Below, one piece after another: positions 55,043 to 63,679 of a DNA stretch of 63,679 nt. The stretch is from a virus. Lineage: Duplodnaviria > Caudoviricetes. The stretch covers positions 1 through 63,679 of the IMG/VR virus record IMGVR_UViG_3300030102_005966, one strand, 5' to 3'. The notes under the pieces are model-generated. The model made no database searches. It saw nothing but the letters and a program-made list of their open reading frames with translations, and had not been told where the DNA came from. Made by a program: the position numbers and the translations under genes. Every line of letters begins with the position of its first letter. Position 1 is the first letter of the stretch.

Positions 55043-56803
55043 ATGAAAACATACGCGTTAGACTACGAATCTTATTACGACAAAGAATGTTCGATCAAAA
55101 CCCTCGGACCGCTTGGCTATTTCTCCCACCCGGACTTTGATCCTTACCTAATGTCTGTTGTAGGAGACGATGGTTTTGAATGGGTGGGGGACCCAAAAGA
55201 GTTTGAGTGGAGTAAGCTGGAAGGGCAAAGAGTTCTTTCCCACAACGCTGCATTCGATGAGACTCTGTATCTTTTTGGAGTAGAGAAGGGGTGGTGGGAC
55301 TCCGTAAATGTGGGTGAATGGTTATGCACCGCCGACATGGTTGCCTTCTGTGGATTGCCGAGATCACTGAAGAACTCATCAGCGGAGTTATTTGATTTAG
55401 AAGTATCCAAAGAAACTAGAGACTCAATGAGGGGTAAGAACTGGGAGGACATGGATGACGACTTTAAAAAAGAAGTGTGTGAATACGCACTGAAAGACTC
55501 AGTCCTTTGCCTTCGTTTATGGGAGGAACTTAAAGATAAATGGCCTAAAGCGGAGCAGGAAATAAGCACAGTAAACCGAAGGTGTGTGCAGAGGGGTCTA
55601 CCCATCAATACCAAACTTCTTAAAGAGCAGAAAGATATATTAACTCAACGCCTCTTTGAAGCGGAGAACTCCATACCTTGGATCGGAAATGCCCCTCCAT
55701 TATCGAGGAAAGCTTTTAACGAAGAATGCCGGAAGTTAAACTTAGAGCCTCCCGCAAGCCTCGCCTTATCAAGTGAGGAAGCCAACGATTGGATTAAGAA
55801 GCACGGGAAAGAACACTTATGGATTGGAGCCGTTAGGGACTACAGAAGAATCAATAGTATCAAAAAGAAATTAGAGAGCTTTGACTACGCTACACTGAGT
55901 GATGACCGATTCTACGGTGGGTGCCTGTATTTCGGAGCCCATACCGGGAGGTTCTCAGGGTCAGGAGGTAATCTTAATCTTCAGAACCTACCCCGAGGGG
56001 ATATGTTTGGTGCGAACCTGCGCCACCTCATAGCCCCGAAGAAGGGGCGGAAGCTAGTCGTGGCTGACCTGTCACAGATTGAAGTCCGCACATTATGCTG
56101 GCTGGCTAAAGACACAATGGCTCTTGAAGAGATTAGAGAAGCTAGTGATATCTACGAAGTATTCGCCCGACGCTTTGGCGTGTGGGATGGTGATGATGGT
56201 CAGTTTGGTGAGGAGGAGCCTGAACTTAGGCACCGTGTGAAAACGATGGTGCTTGGTTGCGGGTATGGGGTAGGAGCTAAAAAGTTTGCATCCATTGCAG
56301 GTATGACCGTTAAGCAGGCGACAGATCGTGTGAACTTGTATCGCACTAGTATGACCAAGGTGGTTGCCTTATGGAACTTTCTTAATCGCAGAGTCCATGT
56401 GTGCTACTCTCAACTCTTACCCTTTTCTTTTCCTCTGCCCTCAGGACGAGTTATGAACTACGGGAATGTTAAAGTAGTTCTGCAACACGGACGTAGGCAA
56501 TACGTAGTTATGATCAACAAAGGGACGAAGAAGATTCCTATGAAAGTGTGGGGTGGGCTTCTTTCCGAAAATTTATCGCAGGCATTGGCGCGAGACATTT
56601 TTTCATACATCCTGACGCAACTACACAAGAAAGGACATGAAGTAATCCTACACGTTCATGACGAAGTTGTAATCGAATGTGACGAGGAAAAAGCAGACGA
56701 GGTATTAGAGGATGTGCTAAGGGTAATGTCCGAAGCACCCCCATGGATACCGGACATCCCGCTTGCTGCCGAAGGAAAGATTCTAAATAAATACGAAAAA
56801 TAA
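55043..56803 (+). CDS. polA: Family A DNA polymerase with 3'-5' exonuclease
   Basis: Exo DYE, HNAAFD, YALKD; HTGRFSG, NLQNLP, motif A DLSQIEVR, motif B RHRVKTMVLGCGYG, motif C HVHDE. Confidence 0.95.
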   Translation: MKTYALDYESYYDKECSIKTLGPLGYFSHPDFDPYLMSVVGDDGFEWVGDPKEFEWSKLEGQRVLSHNAAFDETLYLFGVEKGWWDSVNVGEWLCTADMVAFCGLPRSLKNSSAELFDLEVSKETRDSMRGKNWEDMDDDFKKEVCEYALKDSVLCLRLWEELKDKWPKAEQEISTVNRRCVQRGLPINTKLLKEQKDILTQRLFEAENSIPWIGNAPPLSRKAFNEECRKLNLEPPASLALSSEEANDWIKKHGKEHLWIGAVRDYRRINSIKKKLESFDYATLSDDRFYGGCLYFGAHTGRFSGSGGNLNLQNLPRGDMFGANLRHLIAPKKGRKLVVADLSQIEVRTLCWLAKDTMALEEIREASDIYEVFARRFGVWDGDDGQFGEEEPELRHRVKTMVLGCGYGVGAKKFASIAGMTVKQATDRVNLYRTSMTKVVALWNFLNRRVHVCYSQLLPFSFPLPSGRVMNYGNVKVVLQHGRRQYVVMINKGTKKIPMKVWGGLLSENLSQALARDIFSYILTQLHKKGHEVILHVHDEVVIECDEEKADEVLEDVLRVMSEAPPWIPDIPLAAEGKILNKYEK

Positions 56804-58969
56804 ATGCAATACAGATACATTAAAAACCTAAAAGAGAAGAAAGTAAGCGTATTCACCGATCCTTCATCCCTCACACATACTAAACCTACCTTTGCTTCTA
56901 AAGCAGCTTTTAGGGACTGGTGCTCTGATAGCACTACCGATCACGTATTCTATTCGACGGTAGAAGGGGACAACCCTGCTTTGAGGATTTCAAACGACAA
57001 CCCTCCTCATGCTATTTGGGGGATCGTAGGAGACTACGATTCATCCGTAGATTGGGACATTGTTGACAAGATGATAACAGCCCAATGCCGGGGGCATATG
57101 CCTACGTGGAGGGCAAAGACAGAGTCAGGTTACATCCGTCTAGTATGGGAGTTTGAAACTAAGATGCCCATAGACCCTGACCTTTTTATTCCTTTTATGA
57201 AAAGGCTTTCGACGGCACTCAACATGGAGCGGGTATTCGCAGGCTTTGACTCAGCTTCTCTCAGATCAAATCAATACTTTGAACTTGGTGCAGAGTGGGA
57301 ACGTATTGGTGATCCTTTACCGGAATCGTTTTATCGAACTGCCTTGCTTAAGGCAGCAATGGACAAACCGCCCCAAGCAGCAGAGACCTCAATCCCTATT
57401 GATGTAGTAGCCTCCGAAATTGAAAAGAGATTCCCCGGACGGTGGGATGGAGAGTTTACTATAGGGGCTCGCGGTCCTTTGTTTTGGATAGATGATGGAA
57501 TTGATCGTGAAGGGTGTCAGGTAGTTGATGACGGGATTGTTTGTTACAGTGACCGAGCGGGGAAAGGATTTGTAACATGGCGCGAGATACTAGGTAAAAA
57601 GTTTGTTGAGGATTACGAGACTAAAAAACTAGGGGACTTACTTGATCACTACTGGTTCAACGGGAAGAGTTTTTTCAAACTGGTCTACGGGTCAGCAGTA
57701 ACGATTCCTAAGGAGCAACTTATCTTAGAGCTTCGTAGAGCCGGGTATTCACCAAGAGCCAAGAAAGGTCAACCCCTGTCCGAAGTAGAGGCGGCTATAC
57801 TCACTATATCTAATGATAACCGTATAGATGAGATTGCTCCCGTTGTATTCTCAAAGGATCGTATAGTCACATACAACTCACACCGCATACTTAACAACGC
57901 GAATATCTCTCCTGTAGAGCCTGCTGACGATGGTGACCCATCTCTTTGGCCTTTCTTACATGATTGGTTACACCAGCTGTTCGTTAATGACGGGCGTCCA
58001 ACCGTTGAGTATTTCTTCGCATGGATGAAACGATTCTACCACGCGATACTGGAAAAGACAGATGACCAAGGGCAAGCCCTTATCCTTGTTGGACCAACTA
58101 ACAAGGGTAAATCACTTCTATCCAATCGAGTTATCAGTGCGATGGTTGGAGGGTTCGCGGACGCCTCCGACTACTTAAGTGGTCAGACAAACTTTAATAA
58201 AGACCTAGCTGGTAAAGCCGCTTGGGTTATTGACGACACAACCTCAGCCGCTTCTTTTCAAGACCAGCGGAGGGCTAACGAGCTTATAAAAAGGACAGTA
58301 GCAAATCCTCGAATAGAGTATCATGCAAAATACGCGGATGCTGTCTCAGTCCCATGGACAGGGCGCATTATATTTAGTGTCAACGAAGACGCTAACAGCC
58401 TGTCTGTTATACCAAGCTTGGACTCCAGTAACCGCGACAAACTGATGGCTCTGAGGGTTAGTGATAACGCAACAAGTAACTTCCCACCTAACACGGTCGT
58501 CGAACAAATTATTGAAGAGGAGCTACCCCACTTTGGGAGATACCTTTTAGACTGGGGAGTCCCACAAGAAATAGAAGGACTCAACCGCTTTGGCGTTATT
58601 AGTTACATTGATAAAACCATAGCCACTGCTGCTTATGATAACTCAAGCCGAAGCAGTGTAGCTGAGCTTGTTGAGTTCTTTGTCCGCCGTGCCCGTGAAG
58701 GCGGGATGTCAGGGTTGTGGCAGGGCACCCTGACCGACTTTCAAGTTAGCCTCCATGAGTTTAATGCAGGCAATACTGTTGGTATGTCGCGCAACCTTGA
58801 GTTTGTGCGTCGAGGTATGTTAGTTATGGAGGACTCTAGTAGGAACGACAAAACGCTTCGACCTATTAGATCAACAGATACTGGGAGTGGTAAAGTTTGG
58901 GAGATATCCCTTGATACTGCTTATGATATAGCGCAAAGCTTAAAGAGCCCTGAGCCTGTAAGCCCATGA
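56804..58969 (+). CDS. Primase-helicase (N-terminal primase-like region, C-terminal SF3/D5-like P-loop)
   Basis: DYD and T.SG motifs in the N-terminus; GPTNKGKS, FN..L.GK...IDD. Confidence 0.75.
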   Translation: MQYRYIKNLKEKKVSVFTDPSSLTHTKPTFASKAAFRDWCSDSTTDHVFYSTVEGDNPALRISNDNPPHAIWGIVGDYDSSVDWDIVDKMITAQCRGHMPTWRAKTESGYIRLVWEFETKMPIDPDLFIPFMKRLSTALNMERVFAGFDSASLRSNQYFELGAEWERIGDPLPESFYRTALLKAAMDKPPQAAETSIPIDVVASEIEKRFPGRWDGEFTIGARGPLFWIDDGIDREGCQVVDDGIVCYSDRAGKGFVTWREILGKKFVEDYETKKLGDLLDHYWFNGKSFFKLVYGSAVTIPKEQLILELRRAGYSPRAKKGQPLSEVEAAILTISNDNRIDEIAPVVFSKDRIVTYNSHRILNNANISPVEPADDGDPSLWPFLHDWLHQLFVNDGRPTVEYFFAWMKRFYHAILEKTDDQGQALILVGPTNKGKSLLSNRVISAMVGGFADASDYLSGQTNFNKDLAGKAAWVIDDTTSAASFQDQRRANELIKRTVANPRIEYHAKYADAVSVPWTGRIIFSVNEDANSLSVIPSLDSSNRDKLMALRVSDNATSNFPPNTVVEQIIEEELPHFGRYLLDWGVPQEIEGLNRFGVISYIDKTIATAAYDNSSRSSVAELVEFFVRRAREGGMSGLWQGTLTDFQVSLHEFNAGNTVGMSRNLEFVRRGMLVMEDSSRNDKTLRPIRSTDTGSGKVWEISLDTAYDIAQSLKSPEPVSP

Positions 58970-59226
58970 CAAGAGAAGACATAGAGGTATTTATCGAAAA
59001 CATAACCGAGGAAACCATCCTGCTCGCTGATGGTTTAGACGAAGCTTTTCTAGGGGTAGCTACAGAAGAAGATGTCCCACGAGCAGTCTACTCAATAGAG
59101 AGATGCATCAAGGCTTTTACCAAAGAGGGAATGAGCGAAGAGGAGGCAGCAGAATACTTTTGGTTTAATACTGCTGGGGCTTACGTAGGGGAAAAAACCC
59201 CTATTTGGATTAGCACCCCTTTGTAG
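58966..59226 (+). CDS. Conserved small phage protein
   Basis: ADGLDEAFLG...VYS...MSEEEAAEYFWFN..GAYVGEKTP. Confidence 0.7.
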   Translation: MTREDIEVFIENITEETILLADGLDEAFLGVATEEDVPRAVYSIERCIKAFTKEGMSEEEAAEYFWFNTAGAYVGEKTPIWISTPL

Positions 59227-59752
59227 ATTTAAAAGACTTAGGCGGGTTTAGCTCACTAATATCTATTTTGAATCCAGCTAGTCTATGTTCATACCCATTT
59301 ATATCAACTTCCCCCTCAGCTATATATTGAGCTTCGTCTAGAAAAGTAGATACAGGAAGCCAGCCAACAATATAAACTCTTTGGAAATCCCTGCGAACAC
59401 GAGTAAACAAAAACACATCGGCTTCGGGAGTCATGTCAACCGCACCGTTTACAAAAGCACTAAAATGAGGAGCAGGAGAACTCCCGCAAACTTTGGATTT
59501 TACTTCAACCTTTTGTTTCCGATAAACAATATCGTAAAAACGGATTGTATCTCCTACGTATTTACTACGGGGAAGATATTTATTAACCGCAATTTCGCCA
59601 AGGCACCCAGCCAGTCGGTTCATGTTAGCCGAAGGGGAGCCGGGGACAATACCTAGCCGACACGCTCGTTCATGAGCTAAGGTAACATCACGACTAGAGG
59701 GAGTGAAGACGACAAAATCTTTGACCGTCTTAAACCTTCGGGCTCTCCTCAT
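59210..59752 (-). CDS. Putative restriction-endonuclease-fold protein
   Basis: G.LGE.AV...YD.......VEVKS PD-(D/E)xK-like pattern; start moved to MRRARR. Confidence 0.5.
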   Translation of the reverse strand: MRRARRFKTVKDFVVFTPSSRDVTLAHERACRLGIVPGSPSANMNRLAGCLGEIAVNKYLPRSKYVGDTIRFYDIVYRKQKVEVKSKVCGSSPAPHFSAFVNGAVDMTPEADVFLFTRVRRDFQRVYIVGWLPVSTFLDEAQYIAEGEVDINGYEHRLAGFKIDISELNPPKSFKSTKGC

Positions 59753-59757
59753 GTTAA

Positions 59758-60060
59758 CTAAGATTGTATCCTCTTTAAAATAGCATCCCACGCAGGAAAA
59801 AATATTTCTTCCATACATCTAACGATAGGCTCTTGTTCGTATCGTTCAGACCACGCCAACCCGGATAAGAACAAACTAGCCTCCATCATCTCATGTCGGA
59901 GGGTATCAAGAGCTACTTCTTCAGAAAGCCCAGTATTAATTTGTATCTTTTTTTCGTCGTGGAAATACTCCCCGAAAGTGTCGCTATCAGTCCCCTTAAA
60001 CGGTTTGACTACTAAACGGATTCGCCGTCCAGCAATACTCACTGTTTTGGGAAACTTCAT
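59758..60060 (-). CDS. Small zincin-like protein with a variant HExxE motif
   Basis: FG.Y......I.IN......DTLRHEMMEA...E. Confidence 0.55.
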   Translation of the reverse strand: MKFPKTVSIAGRRIRLVVKPFKGTDSDTFGEYFHDEKKIQINTGLSEEVALDTLRHEMMEASLFLSGLAWSERYEQEPIVRCMEEIFFPAWDAILKRIQS

Positions 60061-60066
60061 TTTTCC

Positions 60067-60624
60067 CTACCATCGACTGGCTAAATTAGTGTAAAGGCGA
60101 AGTCCACTTGCTATAGATAAAGCAATACCTTCTTTATGGTTAAGGGCGAGATCCCAGTCGCACCGGTTTGAACCAAAAAAGGGTTCAGCTATAACAGCAG
60201 GGCAGTGAGTTAATCGCAAAAAAGCGGCTCCTCTGCTGCCTTTTCTCCTCCCTTTAATCCCTCGACTAGTAAGCGTAGGAAAGGAATCTTCCATAGAGTC
60301 TCGGAGAGACCGAGCTAATAAACGCCCCTGCTCACTGGTTTCCCAATATAGCCACTCATGCCCCGTTGCAGATGGGGTGGCTGAGTTAAAGTGCAACTCG
60401 ACGGCTATATCAACATTGTCATCCCTAAGCTTTCGAGCAAGCCACTTCATAGAACTCGTGTATCCATTACCGGAGTAAGAATCGTATACGCGAATGGGAA
60501 GCTTAACTTTATCAATTATTCGATCAGCTAGGTCGCAGTTATAGTCATATTCACTAGTATGCCCATTAACTGCAATAGCTCCGCAGTCTCCTTGCCTACT
60601 GTGACCTACGCAAAGAGCAATCAT
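60067..60624 (-). CDS. Endolysin, N-acetylmuramoyl-L-alanine amidase (Amidase_3)
   Basis: GHS, E, ELHFNS, PAVIAEPFF.SN. Confidence 0.9.
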   Translation of the reverse strand: MIALCVGHSRQGDCGAIAVNGHTSEYDYNCDLADRIIDKVKLPIRVYDSYSGNGYTSSMKWLARKLRDDNVDIAVELHFNSATPSATGHEWLYWETSEQGRLLARSLRDSMEDSFPTLTSRGIKGRRKGSRGAAFLRLTHCPAVIAEPFFGSNRCDWDLALNHKEGIALSIASGLRLYTNLASRW

Positions 60625-60860
60625 TTACCTCCCTCCCCGATGACAACGGCACGGCGGTAGCTCCACTCGCTGTGGAACTTCTGACCCCGCCCTAATAGGA
60701 CTCCTTCAGCAAACTGATACTCCACACCCTTTTTCAGGGTAACGTGTGGGGGATCATAGATTGCTGAATTTGTTGCGTTCAAGTCGCTCGCGCTGCGCCA
60801 ATCTTTCGAGACGCAGCTTTGCAGCAGGACTACCGTCAGCAGCAGCCCTATCCATTTCAT
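60621..60860 (-). CDS. Lipoprotein, putative o-spanin (Rz1-like)
   Basis: MKWIGLLLTVVLLQSC lipobox; overlaps the upstream gene out of frame, in the lysis cluster. Confidence 0.55.
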   Translation of the reverse strand: MKWIGLLLTVVLLQSCVSKDWRSASDLNATNSAIYDPPHVTLKKGVEYQFAEGVLLGRGQKFHSEWSYRRAVVIGEGGK

Positions 60861-60951
60861 CTTGGATACTATATAAATAGACACGTTGCTTCCAACTGAC
60901 GTATGCAGAATACGCATTACACGCGGCTGCTATCGCCTTGAAAATACTCAC
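60754..60951 (-). CDS. Putative i-spanin-like protein
   Basis: 65 aa, weakly hydrophobic N-terminus plus helical tail; overlaps the lipoprotein gene. Confidence 0.4.
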   Translation of the reverse strand: MSIFKAIAAACNAYSAYVSWKQRVYLYSIQDEMDRAAADGSPAAKLRLERLAQRERLERNKFSNL

Positions 60952-61112
60952 TTCTTCTTATTCAGCACCGACCACACAAGACCAACGAGGGTCACAATGG
61001 CAGATACACCAGTTGTGATTTGATCGTCGGATGCGATCCCGGCCTGAGTCATGAAGCCTCCCCCGAAGGTGAGGATGTGTCTTACGATTCCTAGTATAGC
61101 GTCTTTACTCAT
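60948..61112 (-). CDS. Putative holin, 54 aa, two TM segments
   Basis: Manual: MSKDAILGIVRHILTFGGGFMTQAGIASDDQITTGVSAIVTLVGLVWSVLNKKK*. Confidence 0.7.
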   Translation of the reverse strand: MSKDAILGIVRHILTFGGGFMTQAGIASDDQITTGVSAIVTLVGLVWSVLNKKK

Positions 61113-61288
61113 TTTTTATTCTTGTTCTTTAACAGATGATACAGTGAAACCACTGCAACTGCAATTCCTAAAAGACCTCCCAAAATCTGAATAGCCCACT
61201 CCATCTGTTCTTGATACGGAGAGAGAACCGCGAGTGTTGATCCGGCTATTCCGGTGGCTCCTTTAGTGATTATCTCTCCGGTGTTCAT
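61109..61288 (-). CDS. Small membrane protein (holin/antiholin-like)
   Basis: Start at MNTGEIITKG; TM segment and basic C-terminal tail. Confidence 0.55.
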   Translation of the reverse strand: MNTGEIITKGATGIAGSTLAVLSPYQEQMEWAIQILGGLLGIAVAVVSLYHLLKNKNKK

Positions 61289-61539
61289 TGTAATCCATTC
61301 AGTAGCGTCTCTAGCGGGGAATACACCCAATCGGCAGGTATTTCGTCTACAAGAGACTCTTCCTCTTCTGAAGTTAATAGATGGTAGCGGCTCGATACTT
61401 TAATTATACCCCTGTTAGCTCCGCCCTCTTCAGCATATACAGACCAAACCATAGGCGTTGATAAACCCTCATCGGTAGCCCCTTTTTCAGAACGCTCTAC
61501 GGCTTCTTGGTAGCTGTCAAAAACTAGATATTTTTTCAT
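61285..61539 (-). CDS. Small protein after the tail-fibre-like gene
   Basis: 84 aa, stop/start overlaps on both sides. Confidence 0.6.
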   Translation of the reverse strand: MKKYLVFDSYQEAVERSEKGATDEGLSTPMVWSVYAEEGGANRGIIKVSSRYHLLTSEEEESLVDEIPADWVYSPLETLLNGLQ

Positions 61540-62567
61540 TAAAAGTGATTAAATGCGGCGTTTATATTAGCTACAATACCTGAATCATTTGATGACTGAT
61601 TAGAGTCATAAACAATGAATTCTTGAATTGGCCCGTTGTGGGAGTAGTTACCACCAAGACTGTGGTGACCTATACCTTGATTACTAGCCGTCCCTGCAAA
61701 GGAAACACTATTAGAAGAAGAACCGGAGTGAGAGCCAGCAGTTCCGTTATGGCTTATAGTCTGAGAAGACGTAGACGCATTGAAGGAAAAAATTCTTGGA
61801 ATATCAAGGTAGTCAAAAGCGGCAGACGGCCCTCCTCCTCCGAATCCGGGGGGATAATAGCCTGTATCTTCGTGCGGCCCTGTCTTAATAGAACCTAACC
61901 CTAAGTTAGAATAAAATATCTCATCACCACTGCTATATAAAAGATGACCGCAATATTCGGTAGCCCCATCACTTAACCACCATGTGCTACCTATTGGAGC
62001 CGCACCATAAGATAGGGCAAGGTCGACCTTGCTTACCCAAAAAACAGATACGTTTCCTATAGATAGACCTGAGTTACTTACTTGCAGAAAACTGGTGTCA
62101 GCAACGTCCGAATCAGTCACAAACTTTACAGCAGTATTAACTGTCCCGCCCGATCCACTTGTTACTAAGCTCCCTCCGTCATATATTCGGGGTTGCTCGC
62201 CGGGAGTATTAGAAGTCGCGTTAGACCCCTCTCCCGATTGGTCATACCAAGTATCCACATACCCCTCGTTGTTAGAACCCGTAGCCCCTGTTACAAAAGC
62301 ATCTAAAGTATCTCCTGAACCGACTGGATTGTTAGCAGTAGGTGAGTCCCCTGCCACGATTCCATTATCATTAAACGCTATGTCAGCAGTCTCATCATCG
62401 TCATTCCTGACCTTCATGGCATACCCCGTATAATCAGTCCGTAGTTTACGAACCGAATACGCTCTATGAGCATTCGGGTAAGTATCCAACAGCAACGGTG
62501 TGCTGGCGAACAACCCACTCGCTGGGTCAGCGGTTAAACCGCCACCTAATCCAAGTCGGGGAGCCAT
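61539..62567 (-). CDS. Concanavalin A/LamG-like structural protein (fibre or decoration)
   Basis: AYSVRKL..DYTG...VR, GYV.TWYDQSG...A.....QP.I, G.IQE.IVY. Confidence 0.65.
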   Translation of the reverse strand: MAPRLGLGGGLTADPASGLFASTPLLLDTYPNAHRAYSVRKLRTDYTGYAMKVRNDDDETADIAFNDNGIVAGDSPTANNPVGSGDTLDAFVTGATGSNNEGYVDTWYDQSGEGSNATSNTPGEQPRIYDGGSLVTSGSGGTVNTAVKFVTDSDVADTSFLQVSNSGLSIGNVSVFWVSKVDLALSYGAAPIGSTWWLSDGATEYCGHLLYSSGDEIFYSNLGLGSIKTGPHEDTGYYPPGFGGGGPSAAFDYLDIPRIFSFNASTSSQTISHNGTAGSHSGSSSNSVSFAGTASNQGIGHHSLGGNYSHNGPIQEFIVYDSNQSSNDSGIVANINAAFNHF

Positions 62568-62573
62568 GGTTCT

Positions 62574-62852
62574 TTAGGCGGCGTGGTAGCAGAGGACTGT
62601 TCCACTATCCAAGGTGACTTTGGAAAACTGTCCGTAGATGGTGATTCCCGCAGGAAGAGTAACGCCCCCCTTTAGGGCTTTTGCTCCCACACCAGTATCA
62701 GTAAGTTCATCCCAAGTAGTTCCCGAAGCATCTAAGACGGCATCCTCAATAACGAGAATAGCACATATGTCCTTTTCGATTGACTCAGTTCCACTACGCA
62801 TGGTTGCTCCAGCCTGACCGAAGGATTGTTTTTCAATGTTGTTTGTAGCCAT
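62574..62852 (-). CDS. Small beta-rich virion protein
   Basis: 92 aa, LPAG.TIYG.F..V.L.SG.V..Y pattern. Confidence 0.6.
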   Translation of the reverse strand: MATNNIEKQSFGQAGATMRSGTESIEKDICAILVIEDAVLDASGTTWDELTDTGVGAKALKGGVTLPAGITIYGQFSKVTLDSGTVLCYHAA

Positions 62853-62879
62853 AGCTAATTATGTTTGAATATAAAATTG

Positions 62880-63608
62880 TTAATACATGCCCTTGATGGA
62901 GCCACCTGCTCCGTTAGGGGAAACTTGTAATACGGGTTTTGCGCCTCCCCTATAAGAATCGAGGTCAGCGTCTAAGAGTTTTTGGCAAGTCTGCCAGTGG
63001 TATTCAGCCCGTTGTATATCGGCGTTGTCTTCAGACAATTTTCCTAAGAAAGCATGTTTAAGAACCGATGGGTCATTAGGCACGAACACCCTATGCGAAT
63101 CCGCGCTGACATCAACATACTTTCTTTTCATCAAGAAAGTCGCTTTCGTGTCTGAATCTACAGGGGAAATCCTATACTTCCTTCGGGCGGGGTCTATGGC
63201 GGCTCCACTACCATCATTGGCGTAATCATCAAATAAAGTAAACCCATCGTCAATTACTCCCACCATGTGTGACGTATAAGTCGCGGAAGCTGTTGTCGAA
63301 GGTTCTCCAAATCGACGGTAGTCATGCCACATACTATATAAGGGCGTAGGGTCGTCATCCAAAATACACGAAAGTATACTGTCATACCCCACTCCTGTAG
63401 AGGCAACATCTTCAGGTAGTATATACACCCCTTTGTGGACGGGTTGCTCCGCAAGAGTGGTCAACATATCCCGCCAAAAACCCATATTGTAAATACGGGG
63501 CATAATCTCGTTCAAGGCTTTGCGGAACTCCACTGCTCCTGTCTGAAGCGATGCATCCAAATACTTTTGGTATTTGGACTGTAAGTCCTCTGCGGTAACT
63601 GCTGGCAT
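62880..63608 (-). CDS. Putative head-tail adaptor/tail tubular protein, allele B
   Basis: 242 aa; ALNEIMPRIY.MGFW N-terminal helix; homologous to 1..730. Confidence 0.6.
   Translation of the reverse strand: MPAVTAEDLQSKYQKYLDASLQTGAVEFRKALNEIMPRIYNMGFWRDMLTTLAEQPVHKGVYILPEDVASTGVGYDSILSCILDDDPTPLYSMWHDYRRFGEPSTTASATYTSHMVGVIDDGFTLFDDYANDGSGAAIDPARRKYRISPVDSDTKATFLMKRKYVDVSADSHRVFVPNDPSVLKHAFLGKLSEDNADIQRAEYHWQTCQKLLDADLDSYRGGAKPVLQVSPNGAGGSIKGMY
62888..62942 (+). repeat. Exact copy of window positions 1-55
   Basis: 55 identical nt, then divergence. Confidence 0.95.
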
Positions 63609-63679
63609 GACTCGTTAAATATAGGGGAAATGGTGGTTATTTCAAGGGGTGGGTTACCCGTCAAGTTCACCCTCTATAA
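63603..63679 (+). repeat. Exact copy of window positions 725-801
   Basis: 77 identical nt up to the window end. Confidence 0.95.

Noticed and set aside
62888-63679. End similarity as a biological direct terminal repeat
   Set aside because: Only the outer 55 and 77 nt are identical and the interior is heavily diverged; this fits an assembly bubble better
1-63679. tRNA, tmRNA, rRNA genes or an alternative genetic code
   Set aside because: No cloverleaf with a T-loop consensus noticed in the intergenic regions; long ORFs are intact in the standard code and all three stop codons are used

Overview
The window is an essentially complete, circularly assembled tailed dsDNA phage genome (unit length ~62.9 kb; podovirus-like, no tape-measure or sheath gene seen). 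Both window ends carry diverged alleles of one gene between identical 55-nt and 77-nt flanks, which looks like an unrolled assembly bubble. Layout: minus-strand head and tail genes (portal, scaffold, major capsid, adaptor/tail; 1-12.8 kb and 61.3-63.6 kb); a plus-strand early/accessory block (14-26 kb) with a MoxR-type AAA ATPase, a linker gene, a metallopeptidase-vWA gene and many small genes; a 5938-aa polyvalent virion protein plus two probable ejection proteins; terminase; a replication module (RuvC-like, SF2 helicase, PD-(D/E)xK nuclease, SSB-like, Pol A, primase-helicase); and a lysis module. The most unusual signals are non-coding. They are an array of about 13 different palindromes (13.3-13.95 kb), a ~430-nt multibranch structured leader RNA (14.0-14.43 kb), and a covarying double-hairpin+SD element in front of eight early genes. 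There is also a recurrent TTTGGATACAAA-type pseudo-palindromic box, densest in a repeat/Z-DNA-prone locus at 26.3-26.85 kb, just upstream of a gene for a stand-alone DnaA-domain-IV-like protein. All functional calls come from motif recognition by eye; no database searches were run.
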